64,000 nucleotides of DNA from Pseudomonadales bacterium (GCA_036960805.1 JBALXL010000005.1:15300-79299); one strand, 5' to 3'. Numbered from the stretch's first letter, positions 48,872 through 59,061 are shown. Numbers and translations: made by a program. Notes: a model not told the origin generated them from the sequence alone.

Positions 48872-50368
48872 ATGACCGATAAAACGTACAACACTTTGAT
48901 GGTACAGGGCACTACCTCCGATGCGGGTAAAAGCGTATTAGTAGCGGGGTTATGTCGTGTACTGTTTCGAAAAGGCGTCAAAGTGGTGCCTTTTAAACCG
49001 CAGAACATGGCGCTTAATAGTGCCGTGACTGTTGATGGCGGTGAAATTGGTCGCGCACAGGCGGTACAGGCCCAGGCCTGTGGGCTGGAGCCGCATACTG
49101 ATATGAATCCGGTATTGCTCAAGCCCAACAGTGATACGGGCGCGCAGGTTATTATTCACGGTCACGCCGTCACGGAGATGGATGCCGTGAGTTATCACGC
49201 TTATAAAGCCACGGCGATGAAAGCGGTGCTGGATTCCCATATCCGTCTACAAAATCAGTATCAGGTGGTGATGGTCGAGGGGGCAGGCAGCCCTGCAGAG
49301 ATTAATCTACGTGAAAACGATATCGCCAATATGGGCTTTGCCGAAAAAGTCGATTGCCCGGTGATTTTGGTGGCGGATATTGACCGTGGTGGTGTATTTG
49401 CGCATTTGGTAGGCACGCTCGAATTGCTGTCGGCCAGCGAGCAGGCGCGCGTGATGGGTTTTGTGATCAATCGTTTTCGTGGCGACGTCAGTATTTTGCA
49501 GCCGGGTTTGGATTGGCTGGAAGAACGTACCGGTAAACCGGTGTTGGGCGTATTACCTTTCCTGAAGGGTTTCCACCTGGAGGCCGAAGATGCAGTGGCT
49601 GGACAGCAGGAGCTGGATGCTGATAGTAAAACACTGAAAGTCGTGGTGCCGGTGGTATCGCGCATTAGTAATCACACCGATTTTGATGCGCTGCGGTTAC
49701 ATCCGCAGGTAGATATAGAGTTCGTCCGTGCTGGTGAAGAGATACCCGGCGCCGACCTGATTATCCTGCCCGGGAGTAAAAGTACCCGTAGTGACTTGCG
49801 CTGGTTACGAGAGCAGGGCTGGGATAAGGCAATTGAAAAGCATCTGCGTTATGGCGGTAAAGTGATTGGTATTTGCGGTGGTTTCCAGATGCTGGGGAAT
49901 ACAGTTGCTGACCCTGATGGTATCGAAGGGCCTGCGGGTAGTTCTGAGGGGCTGGGCCTGTTGGATATGGAAACGACTTTGGAGCGCGATAAGCAGCTGC
50001 GTCGCGACAAAGGACGTTTGGCTTTTACGACAGAAGATGCGCAAGTTGAAGGTTATGAAATTCATGCGGGCGTCACACAGGGCGCAGCCTTGGATCATCC
50101 TGCTGTGAAACTGACCGAGCGCAATGATGGTGCGGTGTCTGAAGATGGACAAATACTGGGCACTTATTTACACGGTCTGTTTGATCACTCCGAAGCTTGT
50201 GAGGCGCTGCTAAAGTGGGCGGGTCTTGAGCAGGTTCAGCGTATTGATTATCGCGCACGGCAAGAGGCGGATATTGAACGTTTGGCGGATGCTATAGAAG
50301 AGCATTTGGATTTGGATAGCGTTTATGAGGCATTAAGCCTTAACGCTGATGTTTGTGAGGGTGCGTAG
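48872..50368 (+). CDS. cobQ: Cobyric acid synthase (CobQ/CbiP)
   Basis: 498 aa with [24 protein letters not shown] and a C-terminal GATase domain ([10 protein letters not shown]). Confidence 0.95.
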   Translation: MTDKTYNTLMVQGTTSDAGKSVLVAGLCRVLFRKGVKVVPFKPQNMALNSAVTVDGGEIGRAQAVQAQACGLEPHTDMNPVLLKPNSDTGAQVIIHGHAVTEMDAVSYHAYKATAMKAVLDSHIRLQNQYQVVMVEGAGSPAEINLRENDIANMGFAEKVDCPVILVADIDRGGVFAHLVGTLELLSASEQARVMGFVINRFRGDVSILQPGLDWLEERTGKPVLGVLPFLKGFHLEAEDAVAGQQELDADSKTLKVVVPVVSRISNHTDFDALRLHPQVDIEFVRAGEEIPGADLIILPGSKSTRSDLRWLREQGWDKAIEKHLRYGGKVIGICGGFQMLGNTVADPDGIEGPAGSSEGLGLLDMETTLERDKQLRRDKGRLAFTTEDAQVEGYEIHAGVTQGAALDHPAVKLTERNDGAVSEDGQILGTYLHGLFDHSEACEALLKWAGLEQVQRIDYRARQEADIERLADAIEEHLDLDSVYEALSLNADVCEGA

Positions 50369-50887
50369 TTGAAAGAGCTGATTTTAGGCGGTGCCCGTTC
50401 AGGAAAAAGCAAACTGGCTGAGCAAGCCGCTGAAGCGAGCGGTTTACGCAAAGTGTATATCGCTACGGCACAAGCCGGTGACGCCGAAATGGAGCAGCGT
50501 ATTGAGCTGCATCGTCAACGCCGAGGAGCGAGCTGGCAGTTAATTGAAGAGCCTGTTGATCTGGCGAAGGTGCTAAAAGAAGCCGCACGAGAAGATACCT
50601 GTATTCTGGTGGATTGCTTGACGCTGTGGCTGAGTAATTGCCTGTTTTGTGGTGATGATAGCGAGTGGCCACGTCAGCGAGCTGCCTTGCTGGAAATGCT
50701 GCTGCTGCTGCAGCTGCCGGGGCATGTTATTTTTGTCAGTAACGAAATCAGTATGGGGGTGATCCCCATGGGTGAAGTGACACGCCAGTTTGTCGATGAA
50801 GTGGGGTTGTTACATCAGGCACTGGCTGAAATTTGTAATCGAGTGACCTTGAGTGTGGCTGGTTTGCCTCATGTACTGAAAAGCTAA
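50369..50887 (+). CDS. cobU: Bifunctional adenosylcobinamide kinase / adenosylcobinamide-phosphate guanylyltransferase (CobP/CobU)
   Basis: 172 aa with LILGGARSGKS P-loop, IATA and VSNE..MG..P motifs. TTG start directly after the cobQ stop. Confidence 0.92.
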   Translation: MKELILGGARSGKSKLAEQAAEASGLRKVYIATAQAGDAEMEQRIELHRQRRGASWQLIEEPVDLAKVLKEAAREDTCILVDCLTLWLSNCLFCGDDSEWPRQRAALLEMLLLLQLPGHVIFVSNEISMGVIPMGEVTRQFVDEVGLLHQALAEICNRVTLSVAGLPHVLKS

Positions 50888-50900
50888 TGGATAAAAGACT

Positions 50901-51947
50901 ATGACCGAATGGATAAATGAGCCTATCAAAGAACTGTCAGTTGAGCGTTTAAATGAAGCGCTTGAACATCAAAGTCAGCTCACCAAGCCGCCGGGATCTC
51001 TAGGGCGAATGGAGGAACTGGCGGTATTGCTCTGCGCTTTGCAAGATACGTCACGGCCAACGTTGGAGCGAGTCTCTATTCGTGTATTTGCCGCTGATCA
51101 TGGCGTGGTTGCCGAAGGTGTATCGGCATTTCCACAGGAAGTGACGGTGGAAATGATTCGTAACTTTGCCAACGGTGGCGCGGCGATCAGTGTCTTGGCT
51201 GAAGCCCAGCAAGCCGATTTTGCCGTGGTGAATATGGGCACGGTAGTTCCAGCAACGGAGCATGCAAAGGTTATTCAAAACCCTATAGGGCCCGGCACCA
51301 ATAATTTCTGTGATCAGCCAGCAATGACCGGAGAGCAATTAGCGCAGGCGTTAAAAGCCGGTTCTGACATTGCAGAAGAGTTACATCAGCAGCAATGTCA
51401 GTTGTTCATAGGCGGTGAAATGGGCATTGGTAATACCACCACGGCTGCCGCATTAGCCTGTGCATTAATGAGCGAATCACCTGAAAAATTAGTAGGTCTG
51501 GGTACCGGTGTTGATGCTGAAGGTTTGCAGCGTAAGATGGATGTGGTGGCACGTGCTTTGGAATTTCATAAGGGTGAGCTAGATAGCCCGCTGGCTAGTC
51601 TGCAGCGACTGGGTGGATTTGAAATTGTCGCGCTGACGGGCGCTTATCTGCGTTGTGCCCAGCTGGGTATTCCTAGTCTGGTGGATGGATTTATTTGTTC
51701 GGTGGCAGCCTTGGCCGCGATGCAAATCAATCAGTCCTGTCAGGATTGGTTATTGTTTTCTCATCAGTCGGCAGAACGAGGGCATGCCCGCGTTCTGGAA
51801 GTATTAGAAGCTGATCCGCTATTGAATCTGGACATGCGACTTGGCGAAGGCAGTGGTGCGGCGGTTGCGTTACCACTGTTAAAACTGGCCTGTGAGTTAC
51901 ACAATAAGATGGCGACCTTTGAAAATGCTGGAGTAAGTACGGAATAA
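50901..51947 (+). CDS. cobT: Nicotinate-nucleotide--dimethylbenzimidazole phosphoribosyltransferase (CobT; P. denitrificans CobU)
   Basis: 348 aa with LTKPPGSLGRMEELA, GEMGIGNTT and MRLGEGSGAA motifs. Confidence 0.93.
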   Translation: MTEWINEPIKELSVERLNEALEHQSQLTKPPGSLGRMEELAVLLCALQDTSRPTLERVSIRVFAADHGVVAEGVSAFPQEVTVEMIRNFANGGAAISVLAEAQQADFAVVNMGTVVPATEHAKVIQNPIGPGTNNFCDQPAMTGEQLAQALKAGSDIAEELHQQQCQLFIGGEMGIGNTTTAAALACALMSESPEKLVGLGTGVDAEGLQRKMDVVARALEFHKGELDSPLASLQRLGGFEIVALTGAYLRCAQLGIPSLVDGFICSVAALAAMQINQSCQDWLLFSHQSAERGHARVLEVLEADPLLNLDMRLGEGSGAAVALPLLKLACELHNKMATFENAGVSTE

Positions 51948-51948
51948 C

Positions 51949-52593
51949 ATGTCACTAAGAGAATCCTCCGCAATTACTACGATTGATCTGCTCAGGCACG
52001 GCGAGTGTCAGGGTGGGGAGATTTATCGTGGCAGCACCGATGTGCCGCTTACCGATAATGGCTGGCAGCAGATGGAGTCATCCCTGCATATTGATGTGGC
52101 GCATGCCGAAAGACCTTGGGATCGCATTGTTAGCTCGCCTTTGCAGCGTTGCCGATTGTTTGCTGAAGCTAAGGCTCAGGAATTAGGCATTCCTTTGCAC
52201 AGTCATGACGGCTTCCGCGAGATGGATTTTGGCGATTGGGAAGGGCGCAGCATCGAAGAGGTGCATCGTGATGATGCAGAAGCGGTAACTAATTTTTACA
52301 AAGATCCTGCTACTGTCGCGCCACCGAATGGTGAATCCATGCAAATGGTGCAGGGGCGTTTGCTGTCAGCCTGGCAGCAAGTGTTAGATGAGCATAGTGG
52401 CGAGCATTTATTGTTGATTCAGCACGGCGGTACTATTCGTATTTTACTGGCGGAGCTTTTGCAAATGCCGCTGGCCTCAGTGACACGATTGGAAATCCAC
52501 TATGCTAGCCTTAGTCGTATTCAAGTCTATGAAACTGAAACAGAGCCTTTCCCTAAATTGGTTTTTTTAAATAAAACGGCTTACCGAAGCTGA
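51949..52593 (+). CDS. cobC: Alpha-ribazole phosphatase (histidine phosphatase family, Salmonella CobC type)
   Basis: 214 aa with the IDLLRHGE catalytic motif, the later HGG motif, and its position between cobT and cobS. Confidence 0.8.
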   Translation: MSLRESSAITTIDLLRHGECQGGEIYRGSTDVPLTDNGWQQMESSLHIDVAHAERPWDRIVSSPLQRCRLFAEAKAQELGIPLHSHDGFREMDFGDWEGRSIEEVHRDDAEAVTNFYKDPATVAPPNGESMQMVQGRLLSAWQQVLDEHSGEHLLLIQHGGTIRILLAELLQMPLASVTRLEIHYASLSRIQVYETETEPFPKLVFLNKTAYRS

Positions 52594-52653
52594 GAACTTT
52601 TACCGCCCAAAGTTTTCGTAGTAAGACTTAAAACTAACCTGAGAGTAATTAAG

Positions 52654-53025
52654 ATGATTGGATATGTGACGATTGGCGTTAAGGATATGGAAAAGGCTAA
52701 AAAATTCTATCTGGATCTTTTGTCAGATTTCGGAGTAAAAGTATTAGCAGATATGGGGCGCTTTGCCTTAATTGGTTCGTCTATGGAAGAGCCTTGTTTG
52801 GCAGTGTGCATCCCTGTTAATGAAGAAGACCCACAGCCAGGTAATGGTAATATGGTGGCTTTTAACCCCGGCTCTAAGGAAAAAGTAGACGTCTTTTATC
52901 ATAAGGCCATTGCACTAGGCGGCACCTGCGAAGGCGCGCCGGGGCAGCGTATCCCTGATGTTTTTTACGGCGCTTACTTCCGTGATCCAGATGGTAATAA
53001 AGTCGCTTTTTATCAATTTGGTTAA
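52654..53025 (+). CDS. VOC (glyoxalase/bleomycin-resistance/dioxygenase) family protein
   Basis: 123 aa with a single VOC fold pattern (IGYVTIGVKDMEKAKKFY...YFRDPDGNKVAF). Flanked by 60-nt and 103-nt spacers inside the cob operon. Confidence 0.8.
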   Translation: MIGYVTIGVKDMEKAKKFYLDLLSDFGVKVLADMGRFALIGSSMEEPCLAVCIPVNEEDPQPGNGNMVAFNPGSKEKVDVFYHKAIALGGTCEGAPGQRIPDVFYGAYFRDPDGNKVAFYQFG

Positions 53026-53063
53026 TAAAGCGACCTTTGCAGAAAATAGATGACGATGAAAAA

Positions 53064-53090
53064 GGGAGGGAATCTCTCCTGTTTTTCTTT
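53064..53090 (+). terminator. Weak terminator-like hairpin plus T-tract after the VOC gene
   Basis: GGGAGGG (53064-53070) pairs with CTCTCCT (53074-53080). Two of the pairs are G-U and the loop is 3 nt. GTTTTTCTTT follows. Confidence 0.3.
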
Positions 53091-53128
53091 CGTCCCTGCT
53101 TTGTGTAAAGGTCTCAGAGAGGTAAGTT

Positions 53129-53902
53129 ATGTTCAAATTCAGCCAGCATGTCAGCGCATTGCGTATGGCGTTGCAATTCCTAACTGTTTTCCCGGTAGGG
53201 AAAATCATGGAGCAAGATAAAAGCACCACGGGTCTGTCGCTACTTTATTACCCGCTGGTGGGGTTGCTGTTAGGTTTTGTGCTGGCGGTTTTTGCCTGGT
53301 TTGCACAATCGGTGCTGTCGATTTATTCGCTACAAATCTTCCTGCTGGCTGCATTGGTTTTAACTCTGTGGGTAGTTTTGACCGGCGCCTTGCATCTCGA
53401 CGGCTTGGCCGATTGCGCTGATGCCTGGATGGGCGGCTTAGGCTCGCGTTCGCGAACCTTGGAACTGATGAAAGATCCGACTTCCGGCCCGATTGCGGTG
53501 ACGGTTGTTGTCTTATTACTGCTGATTAAGCTTGCTTGTTTAGTGGCTCTGCTGGCTCATGCCTCCCTGTGGCTATTGTTGCTGGCCCCCTTCGTTGCGC
53601 GGCTTGCGGTGTTGGCATTGATGCTGATAACCCCTTATGTGCGTCCGCAGGGATTGGGAGAAATTCTCAGCAAACACTTTCCACGACAAGAAGCCAAAAT
53701 TGTCATGGCAATTATGGTTGTCGTTTTCCTGCTGCTGAATTTTTCGCAGGGGCTGGTTATTTTGCTGGTGACGGCTGTTGTGCTGCTGGTTTTGCGTACC
53801 ATGATGATGTCTCGCCTCAAGGGCTGTACGGGTGACACCTTAGGCGCGACGGTTGAGCTGGTGGAAGTTACGTGTCTGGTGGTATTGGCGGCCTTGCTTT
53901 GA
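53129..53902 (+). CDS. cobS: Adenosylcobinamide-GDP ribazoletransferase (cobalamin synthase; CobS, P. denitrificans CobV)
   Basis: 257 aa polytopic membrane protein with ALQFLTVFPV and HLDGLADCADA motifs. Confidence 0.9.
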   Translation: MFKFSQHVSALRMALQFLTVFPVGKIMEQDKSTTGLSLLYYPLVGLLLGFVLAVFAWFAQSVLSIYSLQIFLLAALVLTLWVVLTGALHLDGLADCADAWMGGLGSRSRTLELMKDPTSGPIAVTVVVLLLLIKLACLVALLAHASLWLLLLAPFVARLAVLALMLITPYVRPQGLGEILSKHFPRQEAKIVMAIMVVVFLLLNFSQGLVILLVTAVVLLVLRTMMMSRLKGCTGDTLGATVELVEVTCLVVLAALL

Positions 53903-54849
53903 GTACACTTTTTCTAGCCCTGCTGATAGGGCTTGTGTTGGATCGAATTTTTGGTGAAGTTAACCGTTTCCACCCTTTAGTTGGCTTAGGTAATTGTGTG
54001 CAGTGGCTGGAAAAACGCCTGAACCAGTCTCGGCAGACTTTCACGATGCGCAAAATGGCTGGAATATTGGCCCTGTTGCTGATGTTGCTGCCGGTAATTT
54101 GGCTGGCTTGTTTGTTGAGTTGTTGGTTTAGCTCGTCGAATTTTTTGACTCTGCTGTTTAGTGCTGTCGTGCTGTATTTTGTGGTGGGTTGGCGAAGCCT
54201 TGCCGAGCATGCATTGGCTGTGCACAGTGCGCTGATGAAAAAAGACCTGTCACTGGCACGTGAACGAGTTGGTTATATCGTTAGCCGCCAGACTTCGGGG
54301 CTGGATGAGGTGGCTGTCACTAAAGCGACCATGGAATCAGTATTGGAAAATGGCAGCGATGCCGTGTTCGCGCCGATATTCTGGTTTGTGGTGGCAGGCC
54401 CCGTTGGCGCGATTGCCTATCGTGTCATCAATACACTGGATGCGATGTGGGGCTACAAGAATGAACGCTTCCTCGCCTTTGGCTGGGCGGCGGCAAAGCT
54501 GGACGATTTGGTGAACTGGATTCCAGCACGTTTATGCGCTTTAACCTACGCCTTTGTATCTGGAGAAAGTGGTTGGCAGCGAGGTTTGTCAGCCTGGAAA
54601 AAGCAGGCTCCTCAGTGTGAAAGCCCAAACGCCGGGCCGGTAATGGCCAGCGGTGCCGGTGCGTTGAATGTGGCGCTGGGTGGTGATGCCGTTTATCATG
54701 GTAAAAGAGTTTTTCGTCCTGTACTGGGGCAGGGCTATGCGCCCGTACCGGGTGATATCGAGCGTGCATTAACGCTGGTGAAACGTGGCGTTTATTTTTG
54801 GGTTGTGGTCACACTTTTGGCTACATTGTTTGGACTATTTATTCTGTGA
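53872..54849 (+). CDS. cbiB: Adenosylcobinamide-phosphate synthase (CbiB; P. denitrificans CobD)
   Basis: 325 aa membrane protein with GEVNRFHPLVGLG and ESVLENGSDAVFAP motifs. The start is GTG 53872 or TTG 53899 (TTGA overlap with the cobS stop). Confidence 0.9.
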   Translation: MSGGIGGLALSTLFLALLIGLVLDRIFGEVNRFHPLVGLGNCVQWLEKRLNQSRQTFTMRKMAGILALLLMLLPVIWLACLLSCWFSSSNFLTLLFSAVVLYFVVGWRSLAEHALAVHSALMKKDLSLARERVGYIVSRQTSGLDEVAVTKATMESVLENGSDAVFAPIFWFVVAGPVGAIAYRVINTLDAMWGYKNERFLAFGWAAAKLDDLVNWIPARLCALTYAFVSGESGWQRGLSAWKKQAPQCESPNAGPVMASGAGALNVALGGDAVYHGKRVFRPVLGQGYAPVPGDIERALTLVKRGVYFWVVVTLLATLFGLFIL

Positions 54850-55919
54850 GCAAGGAATCTGTAAATATCACCCACGGTGGTGACCTTGATCAGGCGGTAG
54901 AGCTGTTTGGCATTCCTCGCGATCAGTGGCTGGATTTGTCCACAGGCATTGCGCCCTGGAGTTGGTTAGTGCCTGATATTCCCACGGAAATCTGGCAGCG
55001 TTTGCCGGCGGTAAAATGCCCGTTACCACAAGCAGGCGCTGACTATTACGGCTGTGCTCCTGAGGCTGTACTGGCCATTCCTGGCTCCCAATTCGCTATT
55101 CAAACCCTACCGCATCTTTTCCCTGAAAATACCCGTGTTGCATTGCCGCAGTTGGGCTATTTCGAGCATCGCAAAGCCTGGCACAAGGCCGGACATAGTC
55201 TGGTTGATTACAGCGATGGCTCGCTGGCGTTACTGGAAAGTAAAATTGAAGCGGGTGAGCTGGATGTGGTGCTGGTTATCAATCCTAATAACCCGACTAC
55301 TACATTGCTGGGTCGTGATCGCTTGCTGCATTGGTGTGAACTGCTGGCTCGTCGTGGCGGTTGTCTGATTGTTGATGAAGCCTTTATGGATAGCGCTCAG
55401 GGCATGAGTCTAGCGACAGAATGCCCGCGCCCCGGACTGATTGTGCTGCGTTCGTTGGGTAAGTTTTTTGGTCTAGCCGGTTTGAGGCTGGGCTTTGTGC
55501 TGGCCGAATCGCCAGTGCTGGAACTGTTAGCTGAACGCCTTGGCCCCTGGGCGGTGAATGGCCCGGCTCAGTATTTGGGTCGCCGAGCGATGATGGATAT
55601 GGCCTGGCATGCCGAGCAGCGCCAACGTATTAGCTACGCTATGGATGAACAGATGGCCTTGTTGAATTCAATCAATTGGGACGGCAAATTTAGTGTCTTG
55701 CGAGGCCCACTTTATTGCAGTGTCGCCATGTCGCTTAAGGCAATTGAACGCTGGTATAACCAGTGTGGTAAGCAGGGTATTTTGACTCGCCGTTTTGTGC
55801 GTTGTGAGTGTGATGGGCTGCTGCGCTTTGGCCTGACTAAAGATGCCGAACAGTTGGAGCGTTTAGAAAATGCGCTGAAGCTTTCAGTAGTTGAACAGGG
55901 GAGTTCTAGCGTTGAGTGA
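54846..55919 (+). CDS. Threonine-phosphate decarboxylase (PLP class I/II aminotransferase fold; Salmonella CobD / P. denitrificans CobC)
   Basis: HGGDL N-terminal motif, NPNNPTT, DEAFMD and SLGKFFGLAGLRLG (PLP lysine). GTG 54846 overlaps the cbiB stop as GTGA; the track ORF begins at 54798. Confidence 0.85.
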   Translation: MSKESVNITHGGDLDQAVELFGIPRDQWLDLSTGIAPWSWLVPDIPTEIWQRLPAVKCPLPQAGADYYGCAPEAVLAIPGSQFAIQTLPHLFPENTRVALPQLGYFEHRKAWHKAGHSLVDYSDGSLALLESKIEAGELDVVLVINPNNPTTTLLGRDRLLHWCELLARRGGCLIVDEAFMDSAQGMSLATECPRPGLIVLRSLGKFFGLAGLRLGFVLAESPVLELLAERLGPWAVNGPAQYLGRRAMMDMAWHAEQRQRISYAMDEQMALLNSINWDGKFSVLRGPLYCSVAMSLKAIERWYNQCGKQGILTRRFVRCECDGLLRFGLTKDAEQLERLENALKLSVVEQGSSSVE

Positions 55920-56628
55920 GCTAAGCCAGCAGCTGGAAAACCTGTATCAGGTCATTTTCAGTCGTCGCGATGTACGCAGCCAGTTTTTACCCGATGCTGT
56001 TCCAGATGAGGTGTTGAGCCGCCTGCTCTACGCCGCGCATCATGCGCCCTCCGTGGGCTATATGCAGCCGTGGAATTTTTTGGTGATCAAATCCGAAGAA
56101 GTGAAGCAGCGTATGCATGCTGCCTTTGCGGAAGCTAATGATGAAGCAAAGAACATGTTTGAGGGCGAGCGTCGCGAGCTGTATTCCTCCCTGAAACTGC
56201 AAGGCATTCTCGAAGCGCCGGTGAATATCTGTATTACTTGTGACCGTAACCGCACCGGACAAACGGTGTTGGGCCGTACTCACCAGAGTGATATGGACCT
56301 CTATAGCACGGTTTGTGCCGTGCAGAACTTCTGGCTCGCTGCCCGTGCGGAAAACATCGGTGTCGGTTGGGTGAGCATTGTTAAGCAGGAGCAGCTGCGC
56401 GAAACGCTCGGCATCCCTGAAGAGATTATTCCGATCGCCTATCTGTGCGTGGGTTATGTCAGCGAGTTTAACGACCAGCCCGACCTGGAAAAGGCCGGTT
56501 GGTCAGAGCGCCTGCCGCTCAACGATCTGGTCTATTACGATCAATGGGGGCAGGGCGGCAAAAATGAGTCGTTAGCTAAGCAAATTGAGAAGGATAAGGC
56601 GTTTCCTACCCTTCCCGAACAGAATTAG
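55891..56628 (+). CDS. bluB: 5,6-dimethylbenzimidazole synthase BluB (nitroreductase fold)
   Basis: IFSRRDVRSQFLPD, HHAPSVGYMQPWNF and GVGWVSI motifs. The start is uncertain (TTG 55891 or TTG 55912) and overlaps the end of the upstream gene. Confidence 0.88.
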   Translation: MNRGVLALSELSQQLENLYQVIFSRRDVRSQFLPDAVPDEVLSRLLYAAHHAPSVGYMQPWNFLVIKSEEVKQRMHAAFAEANDEAKNMFEGERRELYSSLKLQGILEAPVNICITCDRNRTGQTVLGRTHQSDMDLYSTVCAVQNFWLAARAENIGVGWVSIVKQEQLRETLGIPEEIIPIAYLCVGYVSEFNDQPDLEKAGWSERLPLNDLVYYDQWGQGGKNESLAKQIEKDKAFPTLPEQN

Positions 56629-57557
56629 TGGCGCTGAGTTTCAAATCCTGCCTCTTTTAACAGGCTCACAATGCCCTGCTCACCAATTAAATGCCCCGCC
56701 CCGATGACTACAAAAACGGTGCTGTCTTCTGCAAGATAGCCTTTGATTTTTTCACTCATCGTTAGGTTTCGTTCGGTGAACATCTTGTCAAAAAAGGCCT
56801 TTGACTCCGGGTGTTTCTGCAGTGGCTCATCAATCAATAATTGTTCCATTTGTGTGGTGTCACCGCTTTGCCATGCGCTAAATAATTTATGGGCAAGCTC
56901 CGGGAATGTGGGGAATTCTTCCAGTGCTTGAGTCATCGCCTGATCAGGGTCTTCCATGTTGAGTAACAGATCGAGCTGTTGTTGCAATGTTTCGAGTTCA
57001 ACAACGGGCTTGTTGCCTTTGGCGAGTTTCAAAAAATGCTGGTCGATACCAAATTCTGGAGACATGCCTAGTTTGGCAAGCTCGAGGCTTGTCAGGGACA
57101 TAATAAGCATGCCGGGTTTTTGTTTTTCTACAAGACGAATTGGCAGGCGAGCATTGGCAAGATAGGTTTCAAGTTTCTGATAGGTTTGCGGGCTTAGCTC
57201 ATCCTTTATGGTGCGCTGATCTTGATAGTTGCCCATATGGAGCAGGAGTTGTTGCGTTCTTGTGGGATCAAGATTGCTGATATCTACTTCTACGGCCAAA
57301 GTGTCGGAGGCTTTAAATGCGGTGCTAATTGCGCCACTCATCGGATAATAATCAGCATTAGCAAAATGTACTGAACCCAATAAATAGATACTGCTATTGC
57401 TGTCGCTAACCTTCCATAAGAAGCCTTTGTTTTCAATGGTTGAGCTCTGTGGAGCGAGGCTTGTTGTGTTTTGTGACTCAGCCAGTGCAAAGGGCGCACA
57501 TAGGGCGACCATCAGCATTAAAGCCAACTGTTGAATTAAAAGACGCGCTTTGATCAT
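56625..57557 (-). CDS. TraB/GumN family protein (periplasmic)
   Basis: 310 aa with a signal peptide, the GFLWKVS...IYLLGSVH motif and a C-terminal VVIGAGHL.G motif. Confidence 0.8.
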   Translation of the reverse strand: MIKARLLIQQLALMLMVALCAPFALAESQNTTSLAPQSSTIENKGFLWKVSDSNSSIYLLGSVHFANADYYPMSGAISTAFKASDTLAVEVDISNLDPTRTQQLLLHMGNYQDQRTIKDELSPQTYQKLETYLANARLPIRLVEKQKPGMLIMSLTSLELAKLGMSPEFGIDQHFLKLAKGNKPVVELETLQQQLDLLLNMEDPDQAMTQALEEFPTFPELAHKLFSAWQSGDTTQMEQLLIDEPLQKHPESKAFFDKMFTERNLTMSEKIKGYLAEDSTVFVVIGAGHLIGEQGIVSLLKEAGFETQRH

Positions 57558-57623
57558 GTTAATTATCCTGCTGTACGTAATGTTTTGTGCTGAGTGAGAT
57601 TAATCAGACCTTGGCTTCGATGA

Positions 57624-58937
57624 TTAAATCCATTGCTCATGCTTGTTGTAATAATAATAGACAAACGCCATGGAAATACTACGAGCTGCATGGAAGCATA
57701 GAAACGCGATCCATAAGCCATGGTTGCCATAGGGGGTAAAAAGATACCAGATCGGTAGGAAAACGCACAGTGAAGAAAATAACATGGTGTGTTGCATGGC
57801 TCGCGCTTTGGTTGCGCCGATAAAAATACCGTCCAATAAAAAACTCCAGCAGGCGGCAAAGGGCAGCAGTAGCAGCCAATGCCAGTATTGGAGGGTGATT
57901 TGAATCACACTATCAATATCGGTAAGTAAGCCGATTATTTGCTCATCAAAAATAGCTAACAACACCGTAAAAAGTAGTGCGCTATAAAAACACCAAATGG
58001 CACAGCCGCGGTTGGTTTCTTTAAAGGTGTTCAGATCGTGAGCGCCGATGGCTTGGCCTGATAATACTTCGGCGGCGTTCGCAAAGCCGTCCTGAGCATA
58101 GGAAAACACCATTAACAAGGTCATCAAAATAGCATTGGCGCTGAGCGTGATGTCGTCCTGCTGGGCGCTGCGGGCGTAAAAAAATGAGATCGTTAATAAC
58201 AGGCAAATAGTGCGAATAAAGATATATCGGTTCACTGATATCAGACGTGAATAACTCGCAAGGCTTAGCAGTTTTGGCGCTAATTTACTTGAATCCATCG
58301 CGCGAGTATTTTGTAGTGCTATCCACAAGCCCATGATGAGCAGACAATATTCAGCGATCAGGGATCCCCACGCTACACCGGCGGTGAGCATGTCGAACTG
58401 CATAACAAATAGATAATCCAACACAATGTTGATGAGGTTGGCGGTGATTGTTAGCAACAATACAGAGCGGATTTTACCAATGCTCAGTAACCAGCCGTAG
58501 ATAACGTAATGAGCCAGTGATGCAGGTGCTGCCCAGATACGAATATCACAATAAACGCGGGCGAAGTGTTCTACTTCAGCGCTAGGCGCCATGTAAGCAA
58601 AAGCGATATCAAATAACGGCTTTTGTAGGGCAATTAATATGACGCCTATCACGGAGGCCAAGATAATACCCTGCCAAAAAAGCAGCCGAGTTTTGGCGAG
58701 GTCGTTGGCGCCAAAGGCTTGGGCGGTTAACCCGGTCGTTCCCATGCGTAAAAAGCCAAAGGCCCAGAACAATAAATCAAAAACAATCGCACCTAACGCG
58801 ACAGCGCCTAAATAATGCGCGTAACTGAGATGCCCCAGGATAGCTGTGTCGACCAGGCCAAGTATTGGCACTGTCAGATTAGATAAAATCATGGGGCCGG
58901 CGATAAGCCAGATGCGGCGATGCAGTGCTGCTGTCAT
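57624..58937 (-). CDS. MATE-family efflux transporter (DinF-like)
   Basis: 437 aa with 12 predicted TM helices. The N-terminus IWLIAGPMILSNLTVPILGLVDTAILGHL is typical of the MATE/DinF subfamily. Confidence 0.87.
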   Translation of the reverse strand: MTAALHRRIWLIAGPMILSNLTVPILGLVDTAILGHLSYAHYLGAVALGAIVFDLLFWAFGFLRMGTTGLTAQAFGANDLAKTRLLFWQGIILASVIGVILIALQKPLFDIAFAYMAPSAEVEHFARVYCDIRIWAAPASLAHYVIYGWLLSIGKIRSVLLLTITANLINIVLDYLFVMQFDMLTAGVAWGSLIAEYCLLIMGLWIALQNTRAMDSSKLAPKLLSLASYSRLISVNRYIFIRTICLLLTISFFYARSAQQDDITLSANAILMTLLMVFSYAQDGFANAAEVLSGQAIGAHDLNTFKETNRGCAIWCFYSALLFTVLLAIFDEQIIGLLTDIDSVIQITLQYWHWLLLLPFAACWSFLLDGIFIGATKARAMQHTMLFSSLCVFLPIWYLFTPYGNHGLWIAFLCFHAARSISMAFVYYYYNKHEQWI

Positions 58938-59061
58938 GGGGTTTAGGCGGGTTAATGGTGACGTATTATTGCGATAGCTTATACCAAATAGCCACTCTGG
59001 GACGATGTTATATACACTATAGTCATATTGAGCGATTTTTAGTGTCGCTTGATTTGGCGCA

